From NCBI GenBank assembly GCA_947085635.1, contig CAMTXC010000009.1:1425-65424 (forward strand): a stretch of DNA of 64,000 nucleotides, given 5' to 3'. The stretch comes from an uncultured Actinomycetes bacterium. GTDB lineage: Bacteria; Actinomycetota; Thermoleophilia; RBG-16-64-13. Below are positions 27,815 to 38,681 of the stretch, piece after piece. The notes under the pieces are model-generated. The model was given only the letters and a program-made list of their open reading frames with translations, was not told the origin of the DNA and made no database searches. Position 1 is the first letter of the stretch. Each line of letters opens with the position of its first letter. Made by a program: the position numbers and the translations under genes.

Positions 27815-28585
27815 GTGGGTGTGACCGTGCGCACCCCGGTGGTCGCCGGGAACTGGAAGATGTACAAGACTCCTTCCGAAGGCGCAGCCTTCGTGAAGGC
27901 GCTCGTGAGTCGCATCGGGACCCCGGTAGGCGTCGAGGTGCTCGTGGCTCCGCCCTTCACGGGGCTCGCCGCCGCGGTCGCCGCCTCTGAGGGCTCGCCC
28001 GTGGGTATTGCCGCTCAGAACATCTTCTGGGAGGAGCAGGGCGCCTACACGGGCGAGATCGCGCCGGGCATGCTCGTGGACCTGGGCGTGGGCTGGGCGA
28101 TCATCGGGCATTCCGAGCGGCGGCAGCTGTTCGGCGAGACCGATCAGGCCGTGGCGCGGAAGGTGCGGGCGGCGATCGACCACGGTCTTCGCACCATCCT
28201 CTGCGTGGGGGAATCCGAGAAGGAACGCGAGGCCGGCCTCACCGAGGAGAGACTGGCGAGCCAGGTGGGGAAGGGCCTTGGGGAGCTCAGCACCGGCGGG
28301 TGTTCGGAGCTGGTCGTGGCTTACGAGCCGGTCTGGGCCATCGGCACGGGCCGCACCGCGACGCCGCAGATGGCGCAGGAGGCGTGCGCCCTCATCCGCC
28401 GCCGTCTTTCCGAGATCGTGGGTGCGGAAGAAGCCGAGCGCATGCGGATACTCTACGGCGGCAGCGTCAAGCCCGATAACTTCGTCGAGTTGATGGCGCA
28501 GCCGGACATCGACGGAGGCCTCGTGGGGGGCGCCAGTCTCGACGTGGAGTCATTCGCGCGTCTCGTCGAGATCGCGGTCGCCTAG
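27815..28585 (+). CDS. tpiA: Triose-phosphate isomerase
   Basis: Key motifs are AGNWKM, IIGHSERR, AYEPVWAIGTG and YGGSV. Confidence 0.97.
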   Translation: MGVTVRTPVVAGNWKMYKTPSEGAAFVKALVSRIGTPVGVEVLVAPPFTGLAAAVAASEGSPVGIAAQNIFWEEQGAYTGEIAPGMLVDLGVGWAIIGHSERRQLFGETDQAVARKVRAAIDHGLRTILCVGESEKEREAGLTEERLASQVGKGLGELSTGGCSELVVAYEPVWAIGTGRTATPQMAQEACALIRRRLSEIVGAEEAERMRILYGGSVKPDNFVELMAQPDIDGGLVGGASLDVESFARLVEIAVA

Positions 28586-28588
28586 CCC

Positions 28589-30202
28589 ATGGCGGCGCGG
28601 GTCCCTGATGCCGCAGAGAGCACCGGAGACGCCGGTGCAGACGCGGCGCCCGCGGGGAGGCGACCGGTCGCGCTGATCGTGCTTGACGGCTGGGGCTACG
28701 CGGAACCCGGCCCGGGCAACGCGATCTCGCTGGCCCGGACCCCTGTGATTGACGGGCTGCTCGAACGCTACCCCTGGGTGCTCCTCGAGGCTAGTGGACG
28801 TGCCGTGGGCCTGCCCGAAGGCATCATGGGCAACTCGGAGGTGGGCCACTTCACGCTTGGCTGCGGCCGGGTGCTGTTCCAGGACCTGTCACGCATCAAC
28901 CGCGCCATCGCCGACGGCTCCTTCTTCCAGAACGCAGTCCTCTGCGACGCCATGACTGCCGCCGCGTCGAGCGGCGGCTCGGTGCATGTGATGGGGCTCC
29001 TCTCCGACGGCGGCGTCCACTCGGCGATCGAGCATCTGCATGCGCTGGTGGAGCTCGCGAAGTCGCGCGACGTAGAGAGGGTGTACGTGCACACCTTCAT
29101 GGACGGTCGGGACACATCGCCGAACGCCGGCGCCGTCTTCATCGCCGACCTCGAACGCTTCCTCGCCGACGCCGGCACGGGAGAGATCGCGACGGTGGTG
29201 GGGCGCTACTACGCCATGGATCGTGACCTTCGCTGGCCGCGCGTGAAGCTGGCGTACGACGCTCTGGTGCACGGGGTAGGGTCTACCGCCGGTTCCGCCG
29301 CCGAGGCTGTAGCCGCGTCGTACGAGGCGGGGGTCACAGACGAGTTCATCGAGCCTGCGATAACCAGTAGCGACCCTCGTTCCCGGGTGCGCGACGGCGA
29401 CACGGTGCTGTTCTTCAACTTTCGGCCGGATCGGGCGCGTGAGCTCACCCGGGCGTTCATCGACGCCGGATTCGGGGGCTTCGACCGCGGAGGCGCCGTG
29501 CCGCGGGTGCACTTTGTAGGCATGACCGAGTACGACGCCGAGTTCAAGATCCCTGTGGCATTCACCGACGAGCCGCCGGTACGGGTTCTGGCCGAAGTGC
29601 TCTCCGAGGCGGGCCTCCGCCAACTGCACATCGCCGAGACCGAGAAGTACGCTCACGTCACCTTCTTCTTCAACGGGGGACGTGAGGAGCCGTTCCCGGG
29701 GGAGACCCGCCGTTTGATCCCATCGCCCAGCGACATTGCCACGTACGACCAGCGTCCGGCCATGAGCGCCTACGAGGTGGCGGAGGCGTTCACGGAAGCA
29801 TTCGAAACCGAGAGACCCGATTTCGCGGTTCTGAACTTCGCGAACCTCGACATGGTGGGTCACACCGGTGACCTTCAAGCCACGATCGAGGCGGCCGAGC
29901 ATGTGGATACGTGTCTGGGCGTGGTCATCGAGGCGCTGGCCACGTTCGGGGCGCGCATCTTTGTGACAGCCGATCACGGTAACGCCGAGCGCATGATAGA
30001 CCCGTCGACCGGCGCGGCCGAGACGGCGCACACCACGAACCCTGTGAGACTGGTGTGTCTGGATGAGGGGGTCACCCTCCGCGAAGGCGCGGGCCTCGCC
30101 GACGTCGCACCCACCGTGCTGCGCCTGCTCGGGCTGGAGGTGCCGCCGGAGATGACGGGCGAGCCCCTCTGCACACCGGGGACCCCGACCGGACAGGCGT
30201 AG
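28589..30202 (+). CDS. gpmI: 2,3-bisphosphoglycerate-independent phosphoglycerate mutase
   Basis: Key motifs are LIVLDGWG, MGNSEVGH, FMDGRDT and ADHGNAE. Confidence 0.95.
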   Translation: MAARVPDAAESTGDAGADAAPAGRRPVALIVLDGWGYAEPGPGNAISLARTPVIDGLLERYPWVLLEASGRAVGLPEGIMGNSEVGHFTLGCGRVLFQDLSRINRAIADGSFFQNAVLCDAMTAAASSGGSVHVMGLLSDGGVHSAIEHLHALVELAKSRDVERVYVHTFMDGRDTSPNAGAVFIADLERFLADAGTGEIATVVGRYYAMDRDLRWPRVKLAYDALVHGVGSTAGSAAEAVAASYEAGVTDEFIEPAITSSDPRSRVRDGDTVLFFNFRPDRARELTRAFIDAGFGGFDRGGAVPRVHFVGMTEYDAEFKIPVAFTDEPPVRVLAEVLSEAGLRQLHIAETEKYAHVTFFFNGGREEPFPGETRRLIPSPSDIATYDQRPAMSAYEVAEAFTEAFETERPDFAVLNFANLDMVGHTGDLQATIEAAEHVDTCLGVVIEALATFGARIFVTADHGNAERMIDPSTGAAETAHTTNPVRLVCLDEGVTLREGAGLADVAPTVLRLLGLEVPPEMTGEPLCTPGTPTGQA

Positions 30203-30256
30203 ACTAACTTCCTGTATGCTGGAGTCGTCGGAACCTGCAAGAGGAAGGATCGGCCG

Positions 30257-30814
30257 GTGGAGCAACCCTCGGCGAGACTGATCCGCAGGGCCGCCCGCGG
30301 TGAGGAACGGGCGCTCGAGACCCTCGTCCGTATGTATTGGGGTCCCATCCAGGGCTATCTTGCGCGGATGGTATCCGACGAGGCCGACGCCGAAGACCTC
30401 GCGCAAGAGGTCTTCGTGCGCATGGCCCGGGGGCTTCCCGATTTCGCCGCGAGGTCGAAGTTCACCACCTGGCTCTTCCAGATCGCGAAGAACCAGGGCA
30501 TCGACTTCCTGCGACGCCACGAGGTGGAACGAGTGCCGCTGGAGCGGGTGCCCGCCGGGTCCATCGCGGCCGATCGCCCTGAGTATGGTGTGGAAGAGAC
30601 GGAGTTGCTGTGGTTCTGCATTGCGACTCTCGATGTCGACCTGCGGTCGGCATTGATCCTGCGCGACGTGCACGGGTTCTCGTACAAGGAGATCGCCGAG
30701 ATCGTCGATGCGACGCTCTCCACCGTGAAGTGGCGCATCTACCAGGCGCGGGCCCAAGTGCACGCCCGCTACCTGGAGGGTTCCGGCGCGGGCCGGTCGA
30801 TACTGGAGTCGTGA
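30257..30814 (+). CDS. ECF (sigma-70 group 4) RNA polymerase sigma factor
   Basis: Region 2 (DAEDLAQEVFVRM......F...S.F.TWLF.IA.N...D.LRR) and a region 4 HTH (GFSYKEIAEIVD..L.TVK.R...AR). GAGGAAGG Shine-Dalgarno lies before the GTG start. Confidence 0.9.
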   Translation: MEQPSARLIRRAARGEERALETLVRMYWGPIQGYLARMVSDEADAEDLAQEVFVRMARGLPDFAARSKFTTWLFQIAKNQGIDFLRRHEVERVPLERVPAGSIAADRPEYGVEETELLWFCIATLDVDLRSALILRDVHGFSYKEIAEIVDATLSTVKWRIYQARAQVHARYLEGSGAGRSILES

Positions 30815-30820
30815 AGCGGG

Positions 30821-31486
30821 ATGTGGTTGCGTAGATCACCTGAAGGCTATGGAGGAGGCGGTGGTTCGATCGCGTCGTCGTGCTCTGAAGTCAGGTCGCT
30901 GCTCTCCCTCATCGTGGATCACGAAGCCAACGATCTCGAGAGGGCCCGGGCGGCGCGGCATCTCACCGGCTGTGCCTCGTGTCGCAGCTTCCAGTCGTTC
31001 GCCGAGCGCACCGGCGCCATCCTGCACGCCGAAGGGGAGGGCGGCGGAGCGGCCACGTCGAAAGTGAGGCACGGGCATCGCCGTAGCACGTCGGGTCGAA
31101 TGTGCGAGCAGGATCTGGCAGCCCGTTTGGCCTTGATGATCAGGGAGGGATCGGAGGGTGAGGAGAGACCCGTCGTCCGTCGCTCGGCGTTCGCCGCGGC
31201 GGCTCTCGTGGCGGCGCTGTCTTTGGGCGTCTTCATCGGGGGGCTGGGAGTCTTGACGCTCACCCAGGAGACCGTCACCGACGCCGCCGGGTATCCGCTC
31301 GGCTCGCCGCGTATCAGCGCCTCGCGCACCCTCGATCCCGGTACGGAAGTGGAGGAACAGGTCTCGATCCTTGCCACGTGGGTGCCGCGGCGCCTTGCCG
31401 ACGACCCGTACTGGGAGAAATGGATGATGGGGGTGACCCCGATGTCGCTCTACGACGAGGTCCACTACCGCCCCGAGAACCTCTGA
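30821..31486 (+). CDS. Anti-sigma factor (zf-HC2, single-pass membrane)
   Basis: It lies immediately downstream of the ECF sigma gene. zf-HC2 motif HLTGCASC. One transmembrane segment (AFAAAALVAALSLGVFIGGLGVL). Confidence 0.7.
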   Translation: MWLRRSPEGYGGGGGSIASSCSEVRSLLSLIVDHEANDLERARAARHLTGCASCRSFQSFAERTGAILHAEGEGGGAATSKVRHGHRRSTSGRMCEQDLAARLALMIREGSEGEERPVVRRSAFAAAALVAALSLGVFIGGLGVLTLTQETVTDAAGYPLGSPRISASRTLDPGTEVEEQVSILATWVPRRLADDPYWEKWMMGVTPMSLYDEVHYRPENL

Positions 31487-31743
31487 GCAGGCAAGGGCGC
31501 GCCGCTCATCTGCGTCCGCTCTGGGGGGTTGCGAATGCGACTCGGGCGAACGTCCTTCGGGCCGGCGGGGGCACCTGCCAACTTCCTGTGGAGTTCACTC
31601 GTCTTAAGCCTATGGATGGGTACGGTCGCTGCCTGACTGCCGCGTCCCGTTGCCGTGGGCGGCCCAAGAAGCCGGGGAGCCCGGTGCGCGTGTGGTAGTC
31701 TTCTCGGATTCGCCGCCAAGGCGGTCTTCGGGTATCAGAAGGA

Positions 31744-31974
31744 GTGAATCGCGTGGTATATGTGCTTGCTTTGCTGGACACCCTACTGGGGGTAGCCGTC
31801 CTCGTGCTCATCTTCCTCCACTCGGGGAAGGACGCCGGCTTGTCCGGGGCCTTCGGTGGAGGTCTGCAGTCTGTTGGGGGCACAGGCGTCGTGCAGAAGA
31901 ATCTCGATCGTCTCACCATCGGTTGCGCGATCGCCTTCTTCGTGGTGACGATCGCGCTCGGCTTTTTGGTCTGA
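31744..31974 (+). CDS. secG: Preprotein translocase subunit SecG
   Basis: The sequence has the typical ...LLG.AVL.LI.LH.GK.AGLSGAFGGG....GG.....NLDR.T. The likelier start is GTG 31753, 9 nt after AAGGAG. The GTG at 31744 directly abuts the Shine-Dalgarno. Confidence 0.88.
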   Translation: MNRVVYVLALLDTLLGVAVLVLIFLHSGKDAGLSGAFGGGLQSVGGTGVVQKNLDRLTIGCAIAFFVVTIALGFLV

Positions 31975-32015
31975 CCGTGGGGGCCTCGGAACGCGCCTAA
32001 GCCTCCAGACGGGAA

Positions 32016-32038
32016 GCGGCCGCAAGGCCGTTGTTTCG
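32016..32038 (+). terminator. Weak hairpin (GCGGCC-GCAA-GGCCGT) plus a T-rich tail after secG
   Basis: 6-bp stem with a GNRA loop, followed by TGTTTCG. Read directly. Confidence 0.35.
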
Positions 32039-32077
32039 CGAATCAAGACGTGTCGTCGATAAGAGGAGGAAGACATC

Positions 32078-33739
32078 TTGGACGGATGGAAGCGCACTTG
32101 GGTAGTCGCCATGCTGGTAGTCGCCTTGACCGTGGTGCTCGGCGTGATGGCGATGGGCTGCGGCGGCGATACCACGACCACCACGGCGGCCGGCAGTACC
32201 GACACCACAGTGGACGCCGGCGACCTGGCGGAAGATCAGACCCTCACCATCAACATCACTTCGGAGCCGCCCAGCTTGGATCCGAACCTGGCCTCGGACA
32301 CGACGTCGTCGCTGGTCATCAACAACATCTTCGAGGGCCTGGTGCACATCGACGCTGTGGGCGGCGTGTTCCCCGGTGTCGCTGAGACCTGGGACGTCTC
32401 CGAAGACGGTCTCGTCTACACGTTCAACCTTCGCGGCACCGACACCTGGACCAACGGCGACACGGTGACGTCGACCGACTTCAAGAACTCATGGCTGCGC
32501 ATCCTCGACCCCGAAACCGCCGCCGACTACGCCTATATGCTCTACTTCATCGTGGGCGCCGAGGCGTACAACTCCGGCGAGGGTGCGATGGAGGACGTCG
32601 CCATCGACGCCACCGACCCGGCCAAGCTCGTGGTCACGCTGGTGTCGGAGGCTCCGTGGTTTGTGTCGATGATGGCCCACCAAGCCTACTTCCCGATTCA
32701 CAAGGCGACCGTGGACGCCGGCGGCGATGCCTGGACCGAGCCCGCGAACATCGTCACGAACGGGCCGTACCTGCTCGACACGTGGAACCACGACTCCGAC
32801 ATCCTGCTCACCAAGCGGCCGGACTGGCGTGAGGCCGACAGCGTCGTCCTCGAGAACGTCAAGATGGTCATGATCGCGGAGGAGACCACCGGCGTGGCGG
32901 CGTTCGAAGCCGGAGAGATCGACGTTCAGAAGACCCTCCCGGTCGCCGACATCGATCGACTCAAAGCCCTTCCGCAATACCGTGTGGTGCCGCTCACCGG
33001 CACGTACTACTTCGGGTTCAACACGAAGAAGGCGCCGTTGGACGACCCGAAGGTCCGGATGGCCCTCTCCATGGGCATCGATCGTCAATCGATCGTAGAC
33101 AACATCACCAAAGGCGGCCAGATCCCGGCGGTGGACTTCACCCCCGGTAGCATTCCCGGCTACGACACGATCAAACAGGGCACGCTCTCAGCTACCGCCG
33201 ACGTCGAAGGCGCAAAGGCCCTCCTTGCCGAGGCCGGATTCCCCGAAGGTGCGGGTCTCCCTGAGATCGTGATCTATCACAACACCAGCGAGAGCCATGC
33301 CGCTGTTGCCACGGCCGTCCAGGCCCAGTGGAAGGCGATAGGCGTGAACGCTACCGTGAAGAACATGGAGTGGAAGCAGTACCTCGATTTCGTCCAGAAC
33401 AACGACGACGTCATGGTGTATCGCATGGGCTGGGTGATCGACTACCTCGATGCCTACAACATGCTCGAACTCTACCGTACCGACAGCGGCAACAACTACA
33501 CCCGCTGGGGCAGCGCGGAATACGACCAGTTGCTCGCGGATTCCCTCAACGCCGCCGACGAACAGGCGCGCTGGGACGTCTACGCGAAGTTGGAGAAGAT
33601 CCTACAGGACGAGATGCCGATCGCTCCCATCTACTGGTACGTGAACCAGGAACTGGTTGCAGACCACGTCACGGGCTATGAGCCGAGCGTGATCGGTGAG
33701 ACCACGAACTTCTGGACCGTGAAGATCCTCAAGAAATAA
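32078..33739 (+). CDS. ABC transporter substrate-binding lipoprotein, family 5 (peptide/nickel, OppA/DppA/NikA type)
   Basis: TTG start after GGAGGAAG. Signal peptide with lipobox (VMAMGC) followed by a Thr-rich linker. The overall SBP_bac_5 pattern is present (...L.P.......S........EGL...). Confidence 0.88.
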   Translation: MDGWKRTWVVAMLVVALTVVLGVMAMGCGGDTTTTTAAGSTDTTVDAGDLAEDQTLTINITSEPPSLDPNLASDTTSSLVINNIFEGLVHIDAVGGVFPGVAETWDVSEDGLVYTFNLRGTDTWTNGDTVTSTDFKNSWLRILDPETAADYAYMLYFIVGAEAYNSGEGAMEDVAIDATDPAKLVVTLVSEAPWFVSMMAHQAYFPIHKATVDAGGDAWTEPANIVTNGPYLLDTWNHDSDILLTKRPDWREADSVVLENVKMVMIAEETTGVAAFEAGEIDVQKTLPVADIDRLKALPQYRVVPLTGTYYFGFNTKKAPLDDPKVRMALSMGIDRQSIVDNITKGGQIPAVDFTPGSIPGYDTIKQGTLSATADVEGAKALLAEAGFPEGAGLPEIVIYHNTSESHAAVATAVQAQWKAIGVNATVKNMEWKQYLDFVQNNDDVMVYRMGWVIDYLDAYNMLELYRTDSGNNYTRWGSAEYDQLLADSLNAADEQARWDVYAKLEKILQDEMPIAPIYWYVNQELVADHVTGYEPSVIGETTNFWTVKILKK

Positions 33740-33770
33740 CCCCTCTACTCGTTGAGTGTGAGTGATGCAG

Positions 33771-33806
33771 CCGGCGGCGGCCCACGGGGCCGCCGCCGGT
33801 CTTTTT
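33771..33806 (+). terminator. Rho-independent terminator/attenuator between the SBP gene and the permease genes
   Basis: Perfect 13-bp stem CCGGCGGCGGCCC / GGGCCGCCGCCGG with a 3-nt loop, followed by TCTTTTT. It begins 32 nt after the SBP stop codon. Confidence 0.8.
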
Positions 33807-33951
33807 CTGCCTGTCGGGGAGAGGCGGACCCCCTGCACCGTGTGGTAGGCTATCGTCCCGAAGCGACCGCGCGCGGCTCGACTTCCAGCCGCGCGTGACT
33901 CGGTAGATCGGGGACTCTCGTACCAGTCACGAAGGGCAAGGAGAGCGCCTC

Positions 33952-34869
33952 TTGATCAAGTTCATCGCCCGCCGTATCCTGTGGACGATCCCGGTGCTTC
34001 TTGTCGTCGTGCTCTTCACATTCCTCCTCATGAAGGCGATCCCCGGCGGGCCGTTCACCGGTGAGAAGGGTGTGCCGGAAGCCATCCTCGCCAACCTGAA
34101 CGCCAAGTACGGTTTGGACAAGCCGTGGTACGAGCAGTACGCCCGTTACGTGTGGCACGCGGTGCAGGGTGATTTTGGCGTTTCGATGACTCAGAAGGGC
34201 CGCACGGTCGTGGACGTCATCGGAGACGCCTTCCCCGTCTCGATCCATCTAGGTGGGCTGGCTTTCGGCCTCGCAGTTGTCATGGGGATACCCGCCGGCA
34301 TCGTGGCCGCCCTTAAGCACAACACGTGGCTCGACTACGCGGCCATGTTCTACGCCACCATCGGCTGGGCGATACCCACTTTCATCATCGGGCCCGTGCT
34401 TATCTACTACTTTGCGCTCAGACTGGGGTGGTTTCCGACCTCACGATGGGAGACGTGGCGACACTGGGTGCTGCCGACCATCACACTCGGAACGGCGCTT
34501 TCGGCCTACTTCGCCCGGCTTACCCGGGGCAGCATGCTGGAGACCCTTCAGCAGGACTACGTGCGCACTGCCATGGCGAAAGGTCTGCCGTACCGCACGG
34601 TGGTGATCCGCCACGTGCTCCGCAATTCCCTCATCCCGGTGGTGACGCAGGCGGGGCCGTTGCTCGGGTTCGTCATCACGGGCTCCTTCCTCACTGAGTA
34701 CATCTTCTCCATCCCCGGCCTCGGGAAGTACTTCGTCACGAGTGTGTCGAACCGGGACTATTCCGTGGTGATGGGTACGGCGGTGCTGTTGTCCTCCGTG
34801 ATAATCGTGGCCAACTTGGTTGTAGACGTGATCTACGGGTTCCTCGACCCGCGGATTCGGTACGAGTAG
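33952..34869 (+). CDS. ABC transporter permease (OppB/DppB/NikB type)
   Basis: The N-terminus reads (M)IKFIARRILWTIPVLLVVVLFTFLLM. The EAA-loop region reads ...DYVRTA.AKGL. Confidence 0.92.
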   Translation: MIKFIARRILWTIPVLLVVVLFTFLLMKAIPGGPFTGEKGVPEAILANLNAKYGLDKPWYEQYARYVWHAVQGDFGVSMTQKGRTVVDVIGDAFPVSIHLGGLAFGLAVVMGIPAGIVAALKHNTWLDYAAMFYATIGWAIPTFIIGPVLIYYFALRLGWFPTSRWETWRHWVLPTITLGTALSAYFARLTRGSMLETLQQDYVRTAMAKGLPYRTVVIRHVLRNSLIPVVTQAGPLLGFVITGSFLTEYIFSIPGLGKYFVTSVSNRDYSVVMGTAVLLSSVIIVANLVVDVIYGFLDPRIRYE

Positions 34870-35808
34870 ATGCCGGCGCCCGGATCGAATGACCCGACCG
34901 AACCGACCGGCGTCACCGACTCTGAACTGATCGACGCGGGGGAACCCCTCGTCCTGAAGCAGACCACCCTCTGGGGCGACGTGGTGCGGCGCTTCTCGCG
35001 CAACCGCGCGGCGATGGCGGCGTTCACGATACTCGTGCTGATGATCGCGTATGCCACGATCGGCCCCTATCTCCGGCCGTATCCGTTTGACGAGATCGAT
35101 TACTCCCGATCGCATCTTCTTCCGACCATGGCACACTGGTTCGGCACGGACATGTTCGGTCGAGACCTGTTCGTGCGTATGGCTTTGGGCGGTCGCGTAT
35201 CTTTGCTGGTGGCCTTCGCGGCAACGGGCATCGTGCTCGTGGTGGGTGTGTTGTACGGCTCTATCTCCGGATTCGTGGGCGGGAAGACCGACGACGTCAT
35301 GATGAGGTTCGTCGACATCCTCTACGGCCTGCCCTACCTTCCCTTCGCCATCATCCTGCTCGTGATCTTGGGGGCGGGCATCGTCCCTATGCTCTTGGCC
35401 CTGGCGATCGTGTCGTGGCTCACGCCTTCGCGGCTGGTTCGCGGCCAGATACTCACACTCAAACAGAGTGAGTACGTGGAAGCCGCGAGAGCCTTGGGCG
35501 CGCGGCGCCGGCGAATCGTGTTCCGGCACCTCATGCCCAACACCCTCGGCATCATTGTTGTTGCCATGTTCTTGGAAGTGCCGGGCATGATCATCGGGGA
35601 GGCCACCCTGTCGTTCCTGGGCCTCGGGATATCTGCTCCCGACGCATCGTGGGGAACGCTGGCCTCCGAGGGGTGGAAGGCGTTGCGGTCGCATCCTTGG
35701 CTCATCATCCTGCCGGGCCTGTTCATCGGGATCACGGTGCTGGCGTTCAACTTCGTGGGCGACGGGTTCAGGGACGCCATCGATCCGAAGACGAAGGAGA
35801 CTACGTGA
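34870..35808 (+). CDS. ABC transporter permease (OppC/DppC/NikC type)
   Basis: The ATG is adjacent to the stop of the previous gene. Typical sequences ...H.FGTD..GRD.F.R and ...EYVEAARALGA are present. Confidence 0.92.
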   Translation: MPAPGSNDPTEPTGVTDSELIDAGEPLVLKQTTLWGDVVRRFSRNRAAMAAFTILVLMIAYATIGPYLRPYPFDEIDYSRSHLLPTMAHWFGTDMFGRDLFVRMALGGRVSLLVAFAATGIVLVVGVLYGSISGFVGGKTDDVMMRFVDILYGLPYLPFAIILLVILGAGIVPMLLALAIVSWLTPSRLVRGQILTLKQSEYVEAARALGARRRRIVFRHLMPNTLGIIVVAMFLEVPGMIIGEATLSFLGLGISAPDASWGTLASEGWKALRSHPWLIILPGLFIGITVLAFNFVGDGFRDAIDPKTKETT

Positions 35809-36796
35809 CCCAGCCGCTGCTGGAGGTCCGCGACCTGAAGACGCACTTCTTCACGCGAGAGGGCGTCGTGCGGGCGGTCGACGGCATCAGCTACACGCTT
35901 TCTCGCGGCAGCACCCTGGGGATCGTGGGGGAGAGCGGCTGCGGCAAGAGCGTCGGGGCCTTGTCGCTCATCAAGCTCATCCCTGATCCGCCGGGCAAGA
36001 TCGTAGCCGGCACGATCGTCTTCGAGGGACGCGACCTCGTGCCGCTGCCGGAGCGTGAGGTGCGGAAGGTGCGGGGGAACGACATCTCCGTGATCTTCCA
36101 GGATCCGATGACGTCGCTCAATCCTGTGCTCCGCATCGGGAAGCAGCTGGGGGAGGGCATGCGACTCCACATGGGCCTCACCAAGAAGGAGGCCGACGAT
36201 CGATCCGTGGAGCTGCTCGAAGCCGTGGGTCTACCCGACCCGCGCAGGCGACTCCGCGACTATCCGCACCAGTTCTCGGGAGGAATGCGGCAGCGGGTCA
36301 TGATCGCGATGGCCTTGGCCTGCGAGCCGAAGCTCCTTATCGCCGACGAGCCCACCACGGCGCTCGACGTCACCATCCAGGCGCAGATCCTCGATCTTCT
36401 CGCGCGGCTTCAGGACAGGTTCGGCATGTCCATCCTTCTGATCACCCACGATCTTGGTGTGGTGGCGGGGGTGAGCGACGACATTGTCGTGATGTACGCC
36501 GGCAAGATCGTCGAGAAGGCCACCACCGACGAGCTCTTCGCCAACCCACAGCATCCGTACACGGAGGCGCTGTTGGCTTCGGTGCCCCGGCTCGACGACA
36601 CGGGTCGAAAACGCCTCGCGAGCATCCCCGGCCTCCCACCCGACTTGGTCAACCCCCCCACGGGGTGTAGTTTTCACCCGCGCTGCCCGTACGCCGATGA
36701 GAAGTGTCGCACCATCGAGCCCACTTTGAGGCCGTACGATGGCGGCACCGGCCACGAAGCCTCTTGTTGGTTCCCCCGCATATCGAGGGAGGAACG

Positions 36797-36800
<4 letters not shown>
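35805..36800 (+). CDS. ABC transporter ATP-binding protein (OppD/DppD/NikD type)
   Basis: The GTG overlaps the previous stop (GTGA). Key motifs are [23 protein letters not shown] and [12 protein letters not shown]. The track ORF start at 35649 was rejected. Confidence 0.93.
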
Positions 36801-37837
<1,037 letters not shown>

Positions 37838-37960
37838 CCCCCCCGCCGGCCGCTCGCCGCCGCCGTCCCATCGGTGGCAGCCGCTCGAGTCGACGGCCCA
37901 CAGGTGTGCTCGCGTCACTCACCGCGACCGGCGTTCACCTGCGGTGACCTCTTTTCACGA

Positions 37961-37969
37961 TGGTATACT
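37961..37969 (+). promoter_or_regulatory. Extended -10 element TGgTATACT for rnpB
   Basis: The hexamer ends 7 nt before the predicted 5' end of helix P1 (37976). Confidence 0.55.
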
Positions 37970-37975
37970 CGTCTC

Positions 37976-38344
37976 GTAGCCCGGGTAGTCGCGGCGGAGG
38001 AGTGCCGGCGACGGCGCCCCGTCCGTCGAGGAAAGTCCGGACACCATAGAGCAGGGTGCTGGATAACGTCCAGCCGGGGAGACCCGCGGGAAAGTGCCAC
38101 AGAAATTACACAGCACGCCGGCCAGGGTCCGCCTTGACCGGCTGCAACGGTGAAATGGTGCGGTAAGAGCGCACCGGCGTCGTGGTGACACGGCGGCCAG
38201 GCAAACCCCACCTGGTGCAAGGCCGAATAGGGGGGCGTTCGAGGGCTGCTCGTCCAATGCCCCCGGGTTGGCCGCAAGAGGCGCACGGCAACGTGCGTCC
38301 GAGATGGATGGCTACCCTCGACAGAATCCGGCTTACAGGGCTGC
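37976..38344 (+). ncRNA. rnpB: RNase P RNA, bacterial type A
   Basis: Universally conserved blocks are readable: GAGGAAAGTCCGGAC, AGGGTGC, GGAAAGTGCCACAGAAA, GGTAAGAGCGCACC and ACAGAATCCGGCTTA. The 5' GTAGCCCGG can pair with the 3' CAGGGCTGC to form P1. End coordinates are accurate to within a few nt. Confidence 0.92.
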
Positions 38345-38355
38345 ATGCGTGAAAT

Positions 38356-38380
38356 GCCTCTCCCTCTGGGAGGGGCTTTC
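38356..38380 (+). terminator. Hairpin (GCCTCTCCC-TCT-GGGAGGGGC) with a short T run after rnpB
   Basis: 9-bp stem including one G-U pair, followed by TTTC. Read directly. Confidence 0.35.
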
Positions 38381-38403
38381 ACGTATCCGGGGAAGGAGGG
38401 ACC

Positions 38404-38679
38404 GTGGACCAGGACGGCATCGGCGATGCGCTGTCCGTAAGCTTCCGGTTGACCGAGCACTTCCTACGCCGGCACCGCCGCTATCGCGAGCTTCTCTCGC
38501 TCACTCCGGAGAACTTTCGCTTCGACAACGTGCTGTGGCATTCGAGTATCGCCGCGCTTCGCGGCATGCTACAAGCCGTCGCCGAAGAGGAGCAGCTCAA
38601 GCTGGGCGACGGCGACCTCGATGAAGCCGTACGTAATCTTGTCGAAGGGATCGTGCTTCGATCCCGGGCGTGGGATTGA
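38404..38679 (+). CDS. Hypothetical protein (91 aa)
   Basis: Strong Shine-Dalgarno GGAAGGAGGGA before the GTG start. The frame has GC-rich third positions. I recognise no family. Confidence 0.55.
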   Translation: MDQDGIGDALSVSFRLTEHFLRRHRRYRELLSLTPENFRFDNVLWHSSIAALRGMLQAVAEEEQLKLGDGDLDEAVRNLVEGIVLRSRAWD

Positions 38680-38681
38680 CG

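Noticed and set aside
30203-30256. Autoregulatory ECF promoter (GGAAC...CGT-type) upstream of the sigma factor gene, based on the GGAACC at ~30229.
   Set aside because: The GGAAC lies only ~25 nt before the GTG start and overlaps the Shine-Dalgarno region. No properly spaced -10 element follows, so it is not convincing.
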